DNA from: Lepidodermella squamata
Taxonomy: Eukaryota > Animalia > Gastrotricha
Assembly: GCA_047495785.1 (NCBI GenBank)
Contig: JBLDXI010000054.1
Span: forward strand, 1,736,001-1,800,000
Direction of reading: 5' to 3'
DNA length: 64,000 nucleotides
The position numbers and the translations under genes are program-made. The notes beneath the pieces were generated by a model. That model made no database searches. It was not told where the DNA came from and saw nothing but the letters and a program-made list of their open reading frames with translations. This document shows, in pieces, positions 38,121-51,700 of this stretch (positions within the stretch are counted from its first letter, which is position 1; each line of letters begins with the position of its first letter).

Positions 38121-40373
38121 ATGCATATCGGTAAAACTACGAAGGAGATCCTTGCTATCTCCTTAGCCCTCATAATTGCGGCTACATCTGGGTTGAAAGA
38201 TAACACGCTGAAGATGCTGGCCCTCGTGCCGCGAACGGGTTACTTGCCTAGAGACGGCCGCATGTGCATGGCAGCAATGAGAGTTGCAATCGACGAAGCG
38301 AATAAGAAGCCCGATATATTACCAGACTACAAAATCGAACTGGTCGTAGCGGATGAGGGTCCTGGAAGCCTCTTCAGCCCGAGAAATCTTATCAGCTTTA
38401 TTGAATCTCCGAAGAATGGATCCACATTCGTTTCACCAATCATATATGGGAGTTATTATCAATGTCAAACCTTTCACAGCGTGGCCCGTGAGTTAAAAAT
38501 GGCTATTTTGAGCCCGGGATGTTCAGGCTACGCTCTTCTCAACCGCCAAAAATTTCCCAACATCTATCGAACAATGCCTCCAAGTGATCAAACTGGCCCG
38601 GTGAAAGTTCAGATTTTGAGGCATATCGGAAAATGGCATCAAATCGGAATAGTCGTCAATGTAGTGAATCCAAACAGTTTCGCCACCGCGAAATCGTTCT
38701 ATAACGATGCAGTCAGGTCTGGAGTAAGTATTGTGTATTTCACGTCAGTGACAGACTTTTCTGAAGATGATATCGATGACTTGATGGCCAGTGGGGCGCG
38801 AATTGTTGATCTGCTGATGGTTGAGACTTTACTCATCGTTAAATTCCTCTGCTATGGCTATTTACGCGGATTTAGAGCACCGAGGTTCCTGATTCTTACA
38901 TTGACCTCGAATTTCATCGATCCAGATTCATTCAACCAATTGCCACAAGGGTGTTCAAAGGCTATTATTGCTGAGCAGTTGAAGATAACTATTTTCTATG
39001 GAAATTCACTCACACCCGTGAAGAATTTTGGAGAAACCTATCTCGGCTACGATTTGACTGGATACATGGCTCGATTGGATAATCTCACGAACGGCACCAG
39101 ATCGCCGGATTACGAGCAAAGTTTCTCTTGTCACGACTCAGCTATGCAGGCTGTCGTAGCCCTCCACCAATCAGAAATAACTCTCAAGTCGAGAAACCTC
39201 TCACTGAAAAATTTCGACGGTTCACCCGGTAAAGTTTACGAGGTTGTTGAGAAGCACCTGCGCGAAACAGACTTCATGGGAATTCGAGCTGGGCGTGTAA
39301 AATATTCGACTCAGGTAGAATTTGATTCTGAGGAAAACTATGCCATACAGAGGCATGATAACCAGATGCGCTATGTAGCAACATTCAGCTTGAAACCCGG
39401 TTCCTTTAATGAATATACCTACACGCCACTGTCAAACCCGATTTGGCAGACTTCGAGTGGAACACCTCCGAAAGATTTATCCAATATCACTATTATTAGT
39501 GTAAAAATACAGTTCTTCATTCAACCTCTTTTCATAACTCTGACCGGTCTGGTGAGCATTGGGCAGGTTTTCTTTCTTTTCTGCAAGTTTCCCCTCTCGA
39601 AAGCGGCTCGAATATTGGATTCCAGCTTTTTCATTGGCTGTTTGTTAGTGAACGCTTCGGCCATCTTCCAGATAGTTGCTCCTACAACGGCCATTTGCAT
39701 CGGCCGTGAGTTTTCAATTATTGCTGGAGCTTCGATTTTGAACGCTGTTTTGCTGCTCAAAATTTGGGAGCTCAGGCATTCGAGACAAAAATCTCTGTCG
39801 CGAGCTATAATCGAAGAATTTCACGATTCGAACGTAGCTGGGATGTACAGGCGAACCGTGGCTCGAGGAGTCGTAATTATTTACAACTTGCCACGGGAAC
39901 GGAAAACCTTGTTTGTTGTATTGCTGCTTGTCCTAAACATTGCGCTGTACGTGGTAAGGTGTTTTGTCGACGAACCTTTCGTAGACCTATCAGTTAGGCC
40001 GGTATATTACGATGAAAGCGCAGATGAATACGTTCAGGTCAGAATCAACTCCTGTCGGTCGGTAAATGAAGCGGCATGGCTTGGGGGATTCGCTCTTTTG
40101 CATTTTCTACTGATCGCTGGGATCAGCTGTTTCCACCTGCAAAGTGCTCACGCGAAGATATCGGAAGAAGACGGTCAACTTACGAACAAGAATTTGCGCG
40201 CTGATCGGCTAACTTCTTGGAACTTGTTGATGCTATTCGTCTTTGCGGCGTTACTTGTGTTTATTTTACCGAATGATGTTTCGGTTCGAGCAGGATGCTT
40301 TAGCGCTGTCCTCATTGCGATTTCATTGTCTTCAATGACCTTGTATTCAATTTGGAAACTCCCGTCGTCGTAA
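38121..40373 (+). CDS. Intronless GABA-B-like class C GPCR 1 (VFT + 7TM, no CRD, no C-terminal tail)
   Basis: Signal peptide, AMRVAIDEAN..DILPDY, FPNIYRT, W..SGTPPKD linker, 7 hydrophobic helices with TM3 Cys/KIW and ECL2 Cys. Confidence 0.88.
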   Translation: MHIGKTTKEILAISLALIIAATSGLKDNTLKMLALVPRTGYLPRDGRMCMAAMRVAIDEANKKPDILPDYKIELVVADEGPGSLFSPRNLISFIESPKNGSTFVSPIIYGSYYQCQTFHSVARELKMAILSPGCSGYALLNRQKFPNIYRTMPPSDQTGPVKVQILRHIGKWHQIGIVVNVVNPNSFATAKSFYNDAVRSGVSIVYFTSVTDFSEDDIDDLMASGARIVDLLMVETLLIVKFLCYGYLRGFRAPRFLILTLTSNFIDPDSFNQLPQGCSKAIIAEQLKITIFYGNSLTPVKNFGETYLGYDLTGYMARLDNLTNGTRSPDYEQSFSCHDSAMQAVVALHQSEITLKSRNLSLKNFDGSPGKVYEVVEKHLRETDFMGIRAGRVKYSTQVEFDSEENYAIQRHDNQMRYVATFSLKPGSFNEYTYTPLSNPIWQTSSGTPPKDLSNITIISVKIQFFIQPLFITLTGLVSIGQVFFLFCKFPLSKAARILDSSFFIGCLLVNASAIFQIVAPTTAICIGREFSIIAGASILNAVLLLKIWELRHSRQKSLSRAIIEEFHDSNVAGMYRRTVARGVVIIYNLPRERKTLFVVLLLVLNIALYVVRCFVDEPFVDLSVRPVYYDESADEYVQVRINSCRSVNEAAWLGGFALLHFLLIAGISCFHLQSAHAKISEEDGQLTNKNLRADRLTSWNLLMLFVFAALLVFILPNDVSVRAGCFSAVLIAISLSSMTLYSIWKLPSS

Positions 40374-41070
40374 ACGCGATCTGAAATAAAGTAGTTCGTC
40401 ATCAGATTTTCATAATCCGTGTGCATTTTGAAATTGGAAAATCGCCGAAAATTATTCATAGGAATGTGCTAAATTATTGCTGGCATCAAATTAATCTATA
40501 TAAAGCCGTTGAAACTGGCCACAACAATATTTCACAGGGGAATAACCTTCTTGCAAAATCTAGAACGACGAATCATCCGTCGGTTTGCCCAGTAAATATT
40601 ATACAGTTTAACATAGCCTCAGACTGTTAAAGTAGATGACTCGAAAGTTCTCGAATTCAGTACCATAAAATATTCCTAAAAAAGTCCGAAAAGGTTGTTT
40701 CTTTTTCGTCGCAATCAGCCATTTTTGCGTCACTCCTACTTTATTGCGGTTCCAACTGGCAATTCATCCTGAGAATATTCGCCTCAGTTTAATTATCTTA
40801 GTTTAGATTCAAAAACATATTATACCGACTAAAGCTTCAAACTTCTCGTTTTAATATACAGTATCAAGTGGCACCTCGTAATAAAAATGCCCGCAAGTTT
40901 ATTTTATTACGATTTATTATGAATTTCCATCCTACAATGTGTTCCGAGCAAATCGAAAAACTAAAGCCGGAAGCAAAACTTAACTATTCACTATTCATCG
41001 CACTATCATCCACAGAAAAACGAAAAACCTGATAACAAGCTATAAGTAATTCTTATAAGCTATCGGTGAA

Positions 41071-42256
41071 ATGCATCGCATTCGTGATGTTTTAATGCTC
41101 ATTTTGCCTCTAATAAGCTGTGATTTGTCACCCGAACGGATTTTTCAGGCGCATGAGGCCAAGTTGCTTAACCTTTTCAGTCAGAGGTGCGATCTCTCGG
41201 CCAACTCCCGTCCATCCTTGAATTTCAGCACACCCATAAACGTTTACGTGGAATTTACCGCCATCGAGTTTCGCAGCCTCGTCGACCGTGATGAAACGTT
41301 CACTTTCACTGCAAGGACCGAGATCAAATGGAGCCATCCGTGCACTGTTTGGGCAGATGTACCTGTTTACAATGAAGTAGTCAGTTTCCGATTCATTGCT
41401 AATCAGATCTGGCATCCACTGATCTACCTTAAAAACGGAGCAACCGATTTAATGCCGTTCGAGCAGCTGAAGGAGTCAACGCCAGTCTACTTTTATTCGG
41501 ACGGCAGTGTCTCGTGGACAATTTTGCGCGAAATCAGCGTCTTGTGCGCGATGAATTTCATCAAATTTCCTTTCGATAGCCAATCTTGCGATATTGTCCT
41601 AGAAGCTGGCCAGATCACAACTCGTTTCACCTTTTCCATGAGGCCTAATTCTCTGCGGTTTGCAGACGAACGCTTATTCCTTGGTAGCTCGGATGTTTGG
41701 GAGCTGACAAGCCTAACTTACCAAAATAAATCAGCTCTTGGACCGCCGGGATCAATGAAGGTATTCAACCAGGTTGTCATCGCATTTGGTTTCAAGCGAA
41801 AAAGCGTACCTTATGTTACGAATATTCTCGTACCATGGTTTGCACTGCAGGTCCTACAGTGCATGACGGGATTCATAGGCCATCAGGAGGTTGACCGAGC
41901 CATCTACATTGTCACATGTGAGTAAGCTATTATATCCTCTGGGCTATAATAATTATGTTAATTATAACACAGTGCTTCTTACTGATCTATTTCTACAAAC
42001 GACCATCTCGAGCCTGCTGCCAGATACGGCCGAAGTGGCTTACATCACCATTTTCATCTTGGTTCAATTCCTGACTGGGTTCATAATTACTGTCTACTGT
42101 CTTGTAGCACTTTCTCTTGGACAGCAGAAATGGGCTCGACAGAGGCTGTATGGCGAAATTTCTCGCATGGCTTTTATTGATAAGGCGTTCTTCATCGGAA
42201 CAAGTGCTTTGACGATTTCCTTTGATTTTATAATCGTTAGCCTGATGATGAACTGA
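41071..42256 (+). CDS. Atypical Cys-loop LGIC subunit H (A/B subfamily)
   Basis: Cys loop CAMNFIKFPFDSQSC. M2 intron 41918-41972. Confidence 0.9.
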
Positions 42257-42749
42257 ACAATAGCAGCTTGAGAATAGGGTGGCGATGATTGTTTTTTACG
42301 AGCACATTAAATGTGGGAGCACCGAAAAAGCTGAATTCGTTTCAAATTAATAGCATCGCCTTTATTCTTTGGGAGGGATTTCGGCTTAGTTGAGAACATT
42401 GGGCATAGTGCATAGGTAATCTTTTTCGTTCTATGATTTAACAGCAGTCTCACTATGATTCTGTGTTTACCAATCGAGGCAATTTTTGTATTTTTCGGCT
42501 TTCTACGAAACTTAAATTACACGTATTTATATATTACATTTTACATCATTCTACGCGAATCGTTATTTTTATTAGACGATCATACTTTTCATTGTCAGCT
42601 TTCACTGGCGTCGTATTACTACTTTTATACATCCATATAATGAGATGTGATTGATTTCCAGATCAAAATAGTGACTTAAGAGAACTTGACGAGGGAAGTC
42701 GATGCTTCGAACCTAAGTTTTCGAAATAAACTGAAAAGGAAGAATTGGT

Positions 42750-43303
42750 TTGCATCACCAAAACAACAGGTTAGATCACCTAATCTAAACTGTCAAAAAC
42801 GATCACCAAAACGACGTGTTAGATCACCAAAAGGCAGTTTGCAACACCAAACTTGAAAATGGCTCATTTTGCAACACCGCTATGCTCTGATGGGTTGGGC
42901 AACTGGATTGGGCAATTGCGAATTCGGTTGTTCCACAAGATGCCAATCAGCCATTTGTGATTGGCTTCCATGTAAGCGACGAATCCAGCCGAGACTACCA
43001 GATTGCCGTGTCGTCCAAAACTTTGCTGAAGAAACTTTCGTTCGGAAAATGCCTGCAAGTTGACACCACCTACAGACTGGTCTGGGACGTCAAATTCTCA
43101 TCAGGTATTCCATGGTCAAATTCCATCCATATGCGTTGATGCTGTCACCTGGCGAAGGTACCGTCGAGTACTGTCGACTCTTTGAATTTATCAAGAAGGC
43201 TTGGCAGGCTCACGTGCGAACATCCGACGATGACGATGAGTATTACCCTGAGGTGGTTATATCCGACGCGACGAAGGCGATTTCAGAAGCGATCATTTTG
43301 TAG
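42750..43303 (+). mobile_element. Degenerate MULE transposase fragment with upstream caccaaaa repeats
   Basis: CLQVDTTYRL and PEVVISDATKAI motifs in shifted frames. Short tandem caccaaaa repeats at 42756-42850. Confidence 0.7.
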
Positions 43304-43756
43304 CTTTTTTAGCCTCAATAATTTTTCTGCAAAAATGCAACATCCGTTTTTATGCAAACAAACTTATGCCATGCAAATAGATGACTTTTAATTATATTGT
43401 TTTTCCTTAATTCGCAGTCGAATAATTTATTTTCAATTTTCAAATGCATTATCAGCCTGTCACCCGATAAGCCTAATCACAAGTTTAAGCCTATTAAATC
43501 CAAAGTCTGCGTAATTTACCGAGAAGCACACCACCAAACGCAGCTCATTAGCATATTCTTGTGATAGACCGAATAACCCCTCAACTTCGCTTTTCGCTTT
43601 TCGATGGGGCTATTCGGTTTCAATTAATTTGTCGAGGTAGCTCCCTGCAAAAATTAATCGAATTTGACTTCATAGTTTTTGATTAAGCCTCAATCTACTA
43701 ATTGAACAAACTTTTCACGAATAGCCCCGTATCCTGCGATAGCCCCGAATGACGGT

Positions 43757-43858
43757 AATAAGGATCGCATGCCAAAGGACAACGTATAGACGGTTAAACT
43801 TGAGTTGAACAGCATCAGCAGCGCAATTAGAACCTTAATTTCGGCCGTTTCGGTTATT
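43757..43858 (-). pseudogene. Remnant of a 12th pLGIC (M3 exon, F/J/K subfamily)
   Basis: gtatagacggttaaa..tgaacagcatc.gcagcgcaat.agaacc matches the J/K last exon, with deletions. Confidence 0.7.
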
Positions 43859-45003
43859 ATATTATGAATTATGAAAAATCCACTGTTTTCCGTAGTTTGA
43901 AATCAGGTTTTTAGTTCATGCAGCTCAATATTTGATTGAACTAACATTTAGTGATTGCGCGAACCAACCCGATAGGGTCCCCCTAGCAGCGGAGCCGCAA
44001 CCAGAACCGGAGGTCCAGCGCCTGTCTCTCAAGTTCACCGGTCGAGGCGACCATGGTAGAGGCGTTTTGCGCTGGACAAACAACGAAACTGGGGAAACGA
44101 ATTTTAACGATAGAAATAAGGGAAAATAAGTCTTAGATAGATCTTGCTTCAAACCTATGGGAAAAGTCTTGTTAGCTAAGTTTCACTGATCGGCTGATTT
44201 TTGGCGATTTTTTATTCATGATAAAATGGCTGCTAATTAATATTCATGACCTGCTTACGACGCCGTCTGGGTCACGGTGCCGGCACTCGGCACCCTCATG
44301 TTTACCGACATTTACCGCACCCGATATTTTTTAGATAGGCACAACCAGGGCCTGCCTCCATACTTCTGGAATTGATCCTTGAACGAAAGTAGCTTCAAAA
44401 ATCAGTCTGAGTGGTAGACAAGCTGTATGATGAATCATCTTGAGCAGATACTGCGAAATCATGTCCGGCCCGGCGCCGAATGCCGATGGCGCTGACTATA
44501 GACTATATTACGAAAGCAATGAAAGGCCTGCATGAAGGAGCAGAGATCGATGTGCTGGTACCACGTGTCGGCCAATGTCAAGAAGTTTGAGGAGTCCCAG
44601 TAAGGCATCACCTGTGTGAGTTGCTAAGGTTGGAACGGCGCTTCGGGTCAACGGTTAATGAATGGGTCAACGTTTCGGGTCAAAGTTCCAGCGCTGGAAG
44701 TGACCGAGAGACTAGAGGCGGCCGTGATTCCAGCGGTGTGCGTGGGCTCAGTTGTTATAACCGGCGATCGTGCTCTCGGCTCGGTCGGAATCGCGGCTAC
44801 ATAATTTAATTCCCGACAAAGGCTTAGTTTGCCGGATAAAAAAGTCACTTAATTCGCAATGTCAGATGTTTTTAGTCACATAGTTGGTTCTCGGATGAAA
44901 TAAGGCATTGGTCGGATGAAAACAGTTGTCACCTGAATATCGAGCAAAATCTCCGTAAGCAAGTAGAAGCAGCGTCAGAAGCGTCCGAAGCGTCATACAA
45001 CGG

Positions 45004-45035
45004 CATACAACATACATACACATACATACATACAA
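45004..45035. repeat. (CATA)n microsatellite
   Basis: catacatacatacataca... Confidence 0.8.
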
Positions 45036-45635
45036 CGGCTATCACAATTTTTGAATTCAAACAGGACAAATTTTCAGCTAATTAGGCACACAAAGATTCT
45101 CTAACTGCTCACAGCGTCTAGCTGCTTGCAAGATGCTTACTCGAATCTTCTACGCAGTTCTCGTCTAATCTTAAGTGCTAATTTTAACGCGAATGAAGAT
45201 TTTGGCAGTCTAAAGTCTAAAAGTCTTCGCTGATTGCGCAGAAGTTAATGTCAAGACTCAGTGGCAAGAAGGTATTTAACATATTTGAGACGCCAGCTTT
45301 TCAAGTGTTGGGAAACTCGGACTTTTCTCGATCAAATACCTTCAATCTTTCAACAAGTTACATGAAGCTACTAACTACTTATAGGAAGCAATCATCGTTG
45401 AAATATATCCTAGAGATCTATAACATTTCTTCGCAGTGGTTTCTCAGGTATCTGGTTTCTAGTATCTGGTGGCTGGTGGACAGGCTGTATACTTACAGCA
45501 TTTTACAGTTCATATCCATGTTCACGAAGTTAAAATTCGATTTAATTGCAGATTCTGAAATGCTTCATTTATTGCTGCTTAAATATGACCGAACGTGCTC
45601 GATTTTTGCTTTTTAGATAACATTTTTGATTCCAC

Positions 45636-47758
45636 ATGCATCTCGGTAAAACTACGAAGGAGATCCTTGCTATCTGTACAGCTCTCACAATTGCGGCTAC
45701 ATCTGGGCTGAAAGATAACACGCTGAAGATGCTGGCTCTTGTGCCGCGAACGGGCTACTTGCCAAGAGACGGCCGCATGTGCATGGCAGCAATGAGAGTT
45801 GCTATTGACGAAGCGAATAAGAAGCCCGATATATTACCAGATTACAAAATTGAACTGGTAGTCACGGATGAGGGTCCTGGAAGCCTCTTCAGCCCGAGAA
45901 ATCTCATCAGCTTCATTGAATCTCCAAAGAATGGATCCACATTCGTTTCGCCAATCATATATGGGAGTTATTATCAATGTCAAACTTTTCACAGCGTGGC
46001 TCGTGAGTTAAAAATGGAATTATTGTCAATGTAGTGAATCCAAACAGTTTCGCTACCGCGAAATCGTTCTATAACGATGCAGTCAGGTCTGGAGTAAGTA
46101 TTGTGCATTTCACGTCAGTGAACGACGTCTCCGAAGATGAAATCGATGATTTGATGGCTAGCGAGGTTAGAATCGTTGATCTGCTAATTGTCGAGACTCC
46201 GCTTGTCGTCAAATTCCTTTGCTATGGCTATTTTCGCGGATTTAGAGCGCCAAGGTTCCTTATTTTGACTTATACAACGAACTTCATCGACCCTGACTCA
46301 TTCAACCAATTGCCACAGGGGTGCTCAAAAGCTATTATTGCTGAGCAGTTGAAACTAACTATTTTCTACGGGAATTCACTCACGCCCGTGAAGAATTTTG
46401 GAGAAACCTATCTCGGCTACGATTTGACTGGATACATGGCTCGATTGGATAATCTCACGAACGGCACCAGATCGCCGGACTATGAGCAAAGTTTCTCTTG
46501 TCACGATTCGGCAATGCAGGCTGTTGCGGCTCTCCACCAGTCAGAAATAACTCTCAAGTCGAGGAACCTTTCTCTGAAAAATTTCGACGAATCACGCGGC
46601 AAAGTTTACGAGGTTATTGAGAAGTACCTGCGCGAAACAGACTTCATGGGAATTCGAGCTGGGCGTGTAAAATATTCGGCCCGGGTTGAATTCGAAACGG
46701 AAGACTTTTATGCTTTCCAGAGGCATGGCAACCAAATGCGCTATGTAGCAACATTCAGCTTGAAGCCTGGTTCATTCAACGAATTCAATTACATACCACT
46801 GTCCAGCCCCATATGGCAGACTTGGAGTGGCACACCCCCGAAAGATTTATCCAATATCACCCCAATTATCGTGAAAATTCAGTTCTTCATCGCACCTTTT
46901 TTCATTACACTAACTTGTCTAGCGAGCATTTTGCAAATGTCTTGTCTTTTCCGCCAGTTCCCAGTCTCAAAGGTAGCGCGCATACTGGATTCCAGCTTCT
47001 TCATTGGCTGTTTTTTTGTGAACGCTTCAGCAATATTTCAGGTTTTTGACCCTATAAAGGTCAAAAACCATTATAGGCCGTCTGCATTGGCCGGGAATTA
47101 TCTCTTATTATTGGTTTCTCGATAGTAAACGCTGTTTTGGTGCTGAAAGTTTGGGAGCTCACAAATTCGAGACAAAAGTCACGGTCACATGCCAGCATAG
47201 CAGGATTTCGAGATTCGAACCTAATAGACGCCACAAGGCGACCTGGAGCTCAAACAATCGTAATCATCTACAAAATGCCTGAGGAACGCAAAACGTTGTT
47301 CATTATTCTGCTAATTTTCTTAAATATTGCATTTTGCAGTAAGATGGTTTGTCGACCAACCTTTCGTAGAACAATTCGTTAGACCTGTTTATTACGACGA
47401 AAACGCAGATGAATACGTCCAGGTCAGGATTGACTCCTGTCGGTCGCATTATGAAGTGGCATGGCTTGGAGGGTTCGCTCTCTTGCATTTTTTACTGATA
47501 GCGGGGATCAGCTGCGTTCATATACAGAATGCTCACGTGAAGATAGCGGAAGAAGACGGCAAATTTACGGCTATGAATCTGCGTGCCGATCGGCTGACTT
47601 CTTGGAATCTGCTGATGCTATTCGTCTTCGCAGCGTTACTTGTGTTTATTTTACCAAATGATGTTTCAGTTCGAGCTGGATGCTTTAGCGCTGTCCTGAT
47701 CGCGATTTCATCGTCTTCAATGACCCTGTATTCGAGCTGGAAACATCATTCGTCATGA
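45636..47758 (+). pseudogene. GABA-B-like class C GPCR 2, pseudogene
   Basis: Paralog of 38121-40373 with ~145-bp frameshifting deletion at ~46017 and further frameshifts at ~47070 and ~47335. Confidence 0.85.
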
Positions 47759-47919
47759 AAGCATTCTGAAATGACTGACTTGTGTAGTTTTATTTCTCCA
47801 TTTGGATTGCTGGATCGAAAGAAAAATGTGAATGAGCACAGAACATGCTGACACAAATATTTGACCGCTTTTTGGGGCTTTGCATCAGTGCGCGATGTAA
47901 GATTCTCGAACTTAGTAGT

Positions 47920-48030
47920 ATTTTCGGGCCCCAAAGGTTTATGACCAAAGGTTCCACCTGTGGTTTTTTGGGGTTTTTTCCACTTTGGCCTGCCGAACTG
48001 GAGGATGAGAAGGAGGAGGGGTAACGATAC
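47920..48030. repeat. Dispersed short repeat, related to 52604-52710
   Basis: Shared ggccc..atgaccaaagg..cctgtgg..ttttgggg tttt..gaactgg..gagggg..acgatac. Confidence 0.6.
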
Positions 48031-48435
48031 GTCTCATTAGAAAAAAAATCGATTGCTCTTGTGCTGTTGCCTTTTCTTCGCCGTTCTAATTTAAACTAAA
48101 AAGCATAAACGGAAAACCGTCGAAACAACTTTAGGCTCAAGCTAAGAAAACAAATCGGGAATAACAGGGATAACTTGATCGCGAGAATATTTCGCTCGAG
48201 GGCGTCTTCTTGCTAAAACTAGGACGATCAGGTTTTGCCTCACGCACGCCATAATGGTAATGTCAATATAGGTTATATGCTATTTGGAACCTACGATGTG
48301 TTCCGAACAAATCGAAAACCAAAAGCCGGAAATTCGGTAAACCCCTGCTATTTCGCCCTTTCATCCACAGAAAAACCTGATTAGAAGGTGGAATTCTACA
48401 TTCATCTGCGGAAAATTCTGGATTCATCGGCGAAG

Positions 48436-49612
48436 ATGTTTTTAACTCGAGCGCTGTTACTGATACTTTTGCGTCAGGTAAGCTGTGATTTGTCACCCGA
48501 ACGGATTTTTCAGGCGCACGAGGCCAAGTTGCTTAACCTTTTCAGTCAGAGGTGCGATCTCTCAGCCAACTCCCGTCCATCCTTGAATTTCAGCAAACCC
48601 ATAAGCGTTTACGTTGAATTTACCGCCATCGAGTTTCGCAGCCTCATCGACCGCGATGAAACGTTCACTTTCACGGCAAAGACGGAGATCAAATGGAGCC
48701 ATCCGTGCACCATTTGGTCAAATGAACCTGTTTACAATGAAGTTGGCAGTATAGTATTCCATGCTAATCAGATCTGGCATCCACTGATCTACCTTAAAAA
48801 CGGAGCAACCGATTTAATGCCGTTCGAGCAGCTGAAGGAGTCCACGCCAGTCTACTTTTATTCGGACGGCAGTGTATCTTGGACTATCATGCGGGAAATC
48901 ACCGTTATGTGCGGGATGAATTTCATTAAATTTCCCTTTGATAGCCAATGTTGCGATATCGTCCTAGAAAGTGGCCAGAATATAAATAAATCTACCTTCA
49001 CAATGAAGCCTAATTCTCTGCGGTTTGCAAATGACGGCTTTCTTGGTAGCGCGGATGTTTGGGAGCTGACAAGCCTGACCTACCAAAATAAATCTTCCCT
49101 TGGACCGCCGGGATCGATGAAAGTATACAACCAAGTTGTCATCAAATTTGGTTTCAAGCGAAAAAGCGTACCGTATGTTACGAATATTCTCGTTCCATGG
49201 TTCGCACTTCAGATACTTCAGTGCATGACAGGGTTCATAGGTCACCAGGAGGTTGACCGAGCTATCTACATCGTCACATGTAAGTAAGCTGATATTTCCT
49301 CTGTGTTAATAATTTTTTCGTATCGCAGTGCTTCTTACTGATCTTTTTCTTCAAACGACCATCTCGAGCCTACTGCCAGATACAGCAGAAGTCGCCCACA
49401 TAACCGTTTTCATCTTGGTTCAATTCCTGACTGGGTTTGTAATAACTGTCTACAGTCTGCTAGCGCTCTCTCTTGGAAAGCAGAAATGGGCTCGACAGAG
49501 GCTGTATGGCGAATATTCTCGCATCGATTTTATTGATAAGGCATTCTTCTTCGGAATTAGTGCTTTGACGATTTCCTTTGATTTCATTATTGTTAGCTTG
49601 ATGATGAATTGA
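48436..49612 (+). CDS. Atypical Cys-loop LGIC subunit I (duplicate of H)
   Basis: Cys loop CGMNFIKFPFDSQCC. M2 intron 49280-49328. Confidence 0.9.
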
Positions 49613-49709
49613 ATAATGGCTAAGGGGTAGCGATAATTTTCTTATTCTACGAGATCATAAAATGTGCTCTGGTTAATTTGGACCTGGATCATAGATGAAG
49701 TAATCAAAT

Positions 49710-49881
49710 CGTTAGCGTCGTTGAAAAACTCGGACTAAGGCTTGTGTTCATTCATTTCAAGGTGATGGGTGACAAGTGAAAAGCGGCTTTTTAACTGAAA
49801 CAGAAGGCTTTTTACTTGTCACCCATCACCTTGAAATTGATGTAAACAAGCCTTAGTCCGAGTTTTAAAACGACGCTAACG
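49710..49881. mobile_element. Fold-back MITE with 4-bp AWWT TSD (Sola1-like)
   Basis: Long TIR CGTTAGCGTCGTT..AACTCGGACTAAGGCTTG. TSD aaat on both sides. Confidence 0.8.
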
Positions 49882-50353
49882 AAATCATGATGAACTGTTC
49901 ATAATCAGGAAAATTAAAAAATGTGATGTTTATTGTGCATTGACGAATGGAGTGAATTGGTAGGGATAATCCCCTATCCCCTATCCTTCGTTTCTTCACA
50001 CCTGTAACAAGAGCGTTCCCATGTTTCCACAGTTATGAAAACCACAGCAAACCTCGATCAGAAATTTCCCAAGTCACCACGTGATATTTTATTATTGGGA
50101 ACAAAAGGGTGTATTTCATCCGCTCACTGAAAAATCATATTATGATGATGAGGTTTGCTGATTGGGGATTTGCTGATTTGCTGAATGAGAATGCACAATT
50201 GAATATTATTCAATTGTGAATTCCCATTTTATTCAATTTAAAATGGAATTTCACAATAAAAAAAACAATTTTTCCGCGAGGAGATGAAAAATAGACTCAA
50301 ACATATAACCGAATTGTGTTGAAATAATTATCTTGATATATTATAGCTCTCTG

Positions 50354-51614
50354 CTAATTGTGACCTACACTCAGCGACAGGATCAGAAAATCACAAAGAA
50401 GCATCATAGTGCCCATTGCACTGTAAACGCTGAGATCAGCTAGTCGAATTCTGGATATTTTCCAATTTGGTCGATAAACAGTTATCACATCCGAGTAATA
50501 CGGGTCGCAGGCGAGAGGACACGCCAATAGAGTATAGACGGTTAAAATTGAACTGAACAACATCTGCAGCGCAATAAGAACCACCACGTATGCGATTTGG
50601 GCCGTTTCGGGAATTACTTCCGAAAGAGATGACTGCAGCACCAAAAACGACAATAAAACTGCGAATAAAAGATCGAAAATTTTAGATCTTGGAAAAAATC
50701 AGGAATAACTTGCCTGTTATACAAAATGAACACTTTTCGCAGTTTTCTGGCGGAATGCAACCTGACATCAGAATTACAAATTGAAGGATGAAGCAAGGCA
50801 AGTATATGCCAATCATGTAGATCTGGCATCTTCGGCTGACCACGAATGTGAGCTGGACTAGATCGTATTTCTTATTATTTTTCACATGAATATGATATTC
50901 GTGTGACATGCTAATATTCTGAATAGACCAAACGTCAGCATTGCTGATGAACCCTGGAGCAACAGGTATGTCGCTACTGGCAGGCTTCATATTCACCTTG
51001 AGAGTATTTTCGAATGACACGATGGCATAAACACAGGTTTGCTGATCGAATGGGAAGTTGGTGAAATCCATATCGCAGTAAAATTCTAGCGTTGCGACCA
51101 TCGTCAATTGAACTAATCCATTTGACGAGAAAAGTGCCCTGCTTTTCGATGCCAATCTGCATAGAAATTCAGATATTAGATAATTTAAGTAGCCTTGTGG
51201 TCTCATAATATCTTACTTTTGAAACAGCATGCTGTCGCCGACAGCTGATGTTACTACGACAAGAGGTATCCAGATATCGCTGCCTCTAACGGAGATGTAT
51301 TCAGTCGAGTTGAATCTAGCGTCTGAATACCAAGTAGTGCAGGGATTCGTCCATCGAAAGGTGACATGGGCTATAAAAGAGAACGTTTGCGTTCGACTAT
51401 CTATGCCCAGAAATCGCACGGGCAGGAAATCGACGGTAATATTGAGTATTTCTTTGAATCTTTTTACTGGTCTCACGTCTGACAATATATTACATCGTTC
51501 GACCATTTCTTGTTTCACTAAAGCTTCATCAGCCATAAACACCTTCTCCTCGGTCACGTCGGTTGCTGTAGCCGAGAAAACCAAGGGCGAGAACAATAAG
51601 GCGACCACGATCAT
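50354..51614 (-). CDS. Atypical Cys-loop LGIC subunit J
   Basis: Cys loop CDMDFTNFPFDQQTC. M2 intron 50659-50713 has a GC-AG donor (AG|GCAAGT). Confidence 0.88.
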
Positions 51615-51700
51615 AGCTATCTAAAATTCGCTCCCTCAAATATTCTGGCGATGTAAGTAGTCGAAGAATGTTCAAAGGAAAATTCAATGCAAAGCAATAT

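Noticed and set aside
42750-42850. Short spaced repeats as a CRISPR-like array
   Set aside because: Eukaryotic context, irregular 8-13 bp units, adjacent to a MULE relic; better explained as subterminal repeats.
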